64,000 nucleotides of DNA from the NCBI GenBank assembly GCA_963764505.1, contig CAVXSP010000001.1, positions 2,164,614 to 2,228,613 of the forward strand. Reading direction: 5' to 3'. The DNA comes from an uncultured Acidobacteriota bacterium (GTDB taxonomy: Bacteria; Acidobacteriota; Vicinamibacteria; Vicinamibacterales; SCN-69-37). The notes under the pieces are model-generated. The model was not told the DNA's origin. It saw only the letters and a program-made list of their open reading frames with translations, and ran no database searches. Both the position numbers and the translations under genes were made by a program. Each line of letters starts with the position of its first letter. The stretch's first letter is position 1. This document shows, one piece after another, positions 61,775 to 64,000 of the stretch.

Positions 61775-63826
61775 TCACTGGCAGGCGATCTTGCCCTTCT
61801 CGAGCGCGCAACCGTCCGGCGGTCCGTAGACTTCCCAGTACTCCAGCAGATCGAGTCGCTCCACAAACGCCTGAAAGCGCGGATCCTGGCGGAATGGCCG
61901 CATCGAGGGAAACCAGATGACGAACCAGCTCGAGCCTATCGAGCCGGACCGAGCGGCGTCGTCGAGTGCGCGATTGCCCGCTGCGTATGCCCCGTCGAGG
62001 TCGCCGGCTTTGGTGTAAAGCCACAGCAGCAAGGACCAGCGCCGCTGTTCCATATCGCCGAACGGAACCTTCTGCTCAAGATGGCGGACCGCCGCGAGAG
62101 CTGCGGGTCTTTTCGCAGGGTTCGCCGCCGCCTCGTAGGTCGACGCGATCGCCGTCGCACCGGCCGCGCGTGCATCCGCGGGAAGGTAGGGCACGAGGTG
62201 CGCTGCGGCGTCCGCGTAACGGCCTTGCCGCTCCGTGGCCGCGGCCATCATGAACGGCGACGAGCCGGCGTCGGTGGGCGCGCCGAGCGATCTGCCGAGG
62301 GCCACCTCGCGAAGCGCGGCCTCATCCCGCCCTGTGAGCGAGTAGGCCATGGCGCGCCACATGATCGTGGGCAATGCGAGCGGCGCCAGACGATAGGCGG
62401 TCTCGGCCTTCTCGAGCGACGCGCGTACGCGGCCCGTGAGCCCGAGCATGATGTGGTGGCCGCCGAGGATCATCGGGTCGTTGCCGGACTTCGCTAGCGC
62501 CGTCTGGTACGCCGCTTCCGCCTGCAGCCACTCGCCGCGCGCCCGCAGCACGTGCGCCAACGACGCGTGCGCGCTCGCGACGTCGGCATCAATCGAAAGG
62601 GCGGCTCTCGCATCGCGTTCCGCCTCGCTCAGGTCCGCGAGCCCCACCGAGCCGTGCGACACGAGAACCAGCCGTGCCGCCGCGCGCGCGGCGAGCGCGC
62701 GCGCGAACGTCGGATCGAGTACGAGCGCCTCGTCGTAGAGCGCGATCGCCGCGCGCAGGTTGCTATCGCTTGCCCCGACGAGCGCATTGGCTGCGAGAAA
62801 GAGCCGATAGGCCTGGGGACTCGCCGTCGGACGCTTGGCGCCGAAGGCGATCGCGCCCGCCTGCCGGCTCGGACTCAGCGACTGAACGACTTCGCTCGCA
62901 AGCTCGGCCGGCAATCCGAGCAGGTCGTCCGCGCGCCGGTCGTAGCTCTGAGACCAGATGTGGAACCCCGTGTGCGCGTCGACGAGCCGCACGATCACGC
63001 GCACGGTGTCGCCCGCGCGTCGCAGGCTGCCTTCGAGCACGGTCGCGACACCGAGAGCGCGCGCGATCTCCCGGACGTCGACGTCACGGCCCCGGTAGGC
63101 GAACGACGACGTGCGGGCGGGGATTTTGAGCCCTTTCACGCGCGCGAGAGAGTAGATCAACTCTTCGGCGATCCCGTCGCCGAGATACCGCAACGACGGA
63201 TCGCCCGTGGCGTTCGCGAGCGGCATCACGGCAACCGACGCGCGCGGTACTGCTCCCTCGTCTGCTGCGAGTTCGGCGACGGCGGGCCCGGCGGCTTGCT
63301 GAACTGAGACATCGCCGTCCCGAAGCTTCCTGCCGATGGCCCAGACGATGGTCGCTGCGAGCGCGACCACGACAGCAACCGGCACGGCGGCGACCAGCGA
63401 CTTTGGGACACGCCGCCACGTCGCTCGCGGCGCCGTGCTCGCAACCACGGCCGCAGGGGTCTCCCGCGACTCTGCCGGCCCCGCGGCGACGGCGGGCGCG
63501 GGTTCCGCGGCGGCCGTCGTCACCTCTGCGACGAATCGATAACCTCGCCCGGGCACCGTCGCGATGAAGCGGTTCTCGCCCGCCTTCTCGCCGAGCACAC
63601 GCCGCAGCGTCGAGATGTTGCGGTCGAGGTTGTTCTCCTCGACGACCACGCGAGGCCACATCGCCTTCATCAAGGCGTCTTTTTCGACGAGGTCGCCGCG
63701 ACGCTCCACGAGATAGATGAGCGTCTCGAGGACTTTCGGCGATACGTGAATCGGATCGCCGGACGGCACAGCCAGTAGGCGCTGCCTGTCCGTGTCTAGA
63801 CGAAAGCCATCGAACTCGTATGCCAC
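61775..63826 (-). CDS. CadC/ToxR-like transcriptional regulator (OmpR/PhoB winged helix, TM, periplasmic TPR domain)
   Basis: MAYEFDGFRLDTDRQRLL ... LSPKVLETLIYLVERRGDLVEKDALMKAMWP ... ATVPGRGYRF, then a TM helix (LVAAVPVAVVVALAATIVWAI) and TPR-like repeats. Confidence 0.8.
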   Translation of the reverse strand: MAYEFDGFRLDTDRQRLLAVPSGDPIHVSPKVLETLIYLVERRGDLVEKDALMKAMWPRVVVEENNLDRNISTLRRVLGEKAGENRFIATVPGRGYRFVAEVTTAAAEPAPAVAAGPAESRETPAAVVASTAPRATWRRVPKSLVAAVPVAVVVALAATIVWAIGRKLRDGDVSVQQAAGPAVAELAADEGAVPRASVAVMPLANATGDPSLRYLGDGIAEELIYSLARVKGLKIPARTSSFAYRGRDVDVREIARALGVATVLEGSLRRAGDTVRVIVRLVDAHTGFHIWSQSYDRRADDLLGLPAELASEVVQSLSPSRQAGAIAFGAKRPTASPQAYRLFLAANALVGASDSNLRAAIALYDEALVLDPTFARALAARAAARLVLVSHGSVGLADLSEAERDARAALSIDADVASAHASLAHVLRARGEWLQAEAAYQTALAKSGNDPMILGGHHIMLGLTGRVRASLEKAETAYRLAPLALPTIMWRAMAYSLTGRDEAALREVALGRSLGAPTDAGSSPFMMAAATERQGRYADAAAHLVPYLPADARAAGATAIASTYEAAANPAKRPAALAAVRHLEQKVPFGDMEQRRWSLLLWLYTKAGDLDGAYAAGNRALDDAARSGSIGSSWFVIWFPSMRPFRQDPRFQAFVERLDLLEYWEVYGPPDGCALEKGKIACQ

Positions 63827-63967
63827 GTGCTTCCCGTCTGCGCTCAGAAACTTTCAGGAATTTTCCGGCCCCACCCCAATGCGAAGTCAGGTCAATTCGC
63901 CTCATCCTCGACGCCGGATCGAGCGAAGCCTTCGAGCACGCTGGTTGTACACCAAAGGGAGCGTCAA

Positions 63968-64000
63968 ATGAAGCAGCCGATGGGACCGCCCATTTCCAGC
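63968..64000 (+). CDS. Start of an unidentified ORF (3-prime partial)
   Basis: ATG preceded by AAGGGAG. Only 11 codons are in the window. Confidence 0.25.
   Translation, partial: MKQPMGPPISS

Overview
High-G+C bacterial chromosomal segment. The gene content (PEP-CTERM/PrsT, CadC-like TPR regulator, many exported DUF1080/esterase-type enzymes) looks like a soil Acidobacteriota-type organism, but that is only a guess. All calls come from reading the ORF translations and the DNA by eye; no searches were run.

Layout:
- (i) 1-14.9 kb: accessory block of Sec/Tat-exported enzymes. It holds a PQQ dehydrogenase with a c-type cytochrome, two tandem Tat-signal PLP fold-III enzymes, a Mo-oxidoreductase, an M42 peptidase, an MBL hydrolase, an esterase, a DUF1080 protein, polysaccharide and PIG-L deacetylases, and a NagB-like protein. 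Five of these carry Gly/Arg-rich low-complexity inserts.
- (ii) 14.8-21.8 kb: rearranged zone. A near-identical ~1 kb direct duplication (nagB 3-prime end, sdpI, VOC) brackets an intact PEP-CTERM gene and a multiply frameshifted PrsT-like TPR lipoprotein gene. A frameshifted TadG-like gene follows.
- (iii) 22-57 kb: conserved housekeeping.
  - AI-2E transporter, frr-pyrH-tsf-rpsB, rpsI-rplM.
  - A translationally coupled pilM-N-O/P-Q operon with two extra lipoprotein genes.
  - pepP-accB-accC-thiE, an APC permease, folD, coaE.
  - lapB-kdsC-kdsD-kdsA-pyrG-kdsB.
  - A contiguous TCA block icd-mdh-sucCD-korAB-ndk, then dcd and a REC-GGDEF-EAL protein.
- (iv) 57.0-61.8 kb: initiator tRNA-Met followed by a decayed integrative element. 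It contains a large serine recombinase whose last 14 codons are antisense tRNA sequence, a hairpin-dense non-coding stretch, an EF-G gene remnant, a HigB/HigA-like TA pair and an exported hypothetical.
- (v) 61.8-64 kb: CadC-like winged-helix/TPR regulator.

No rRNA genes or CRISPR arrays were seen. Many long Arg/Ala/Pro-rich ORFs on opposite strands or in alternative frames are treated as high-GC artefacts.
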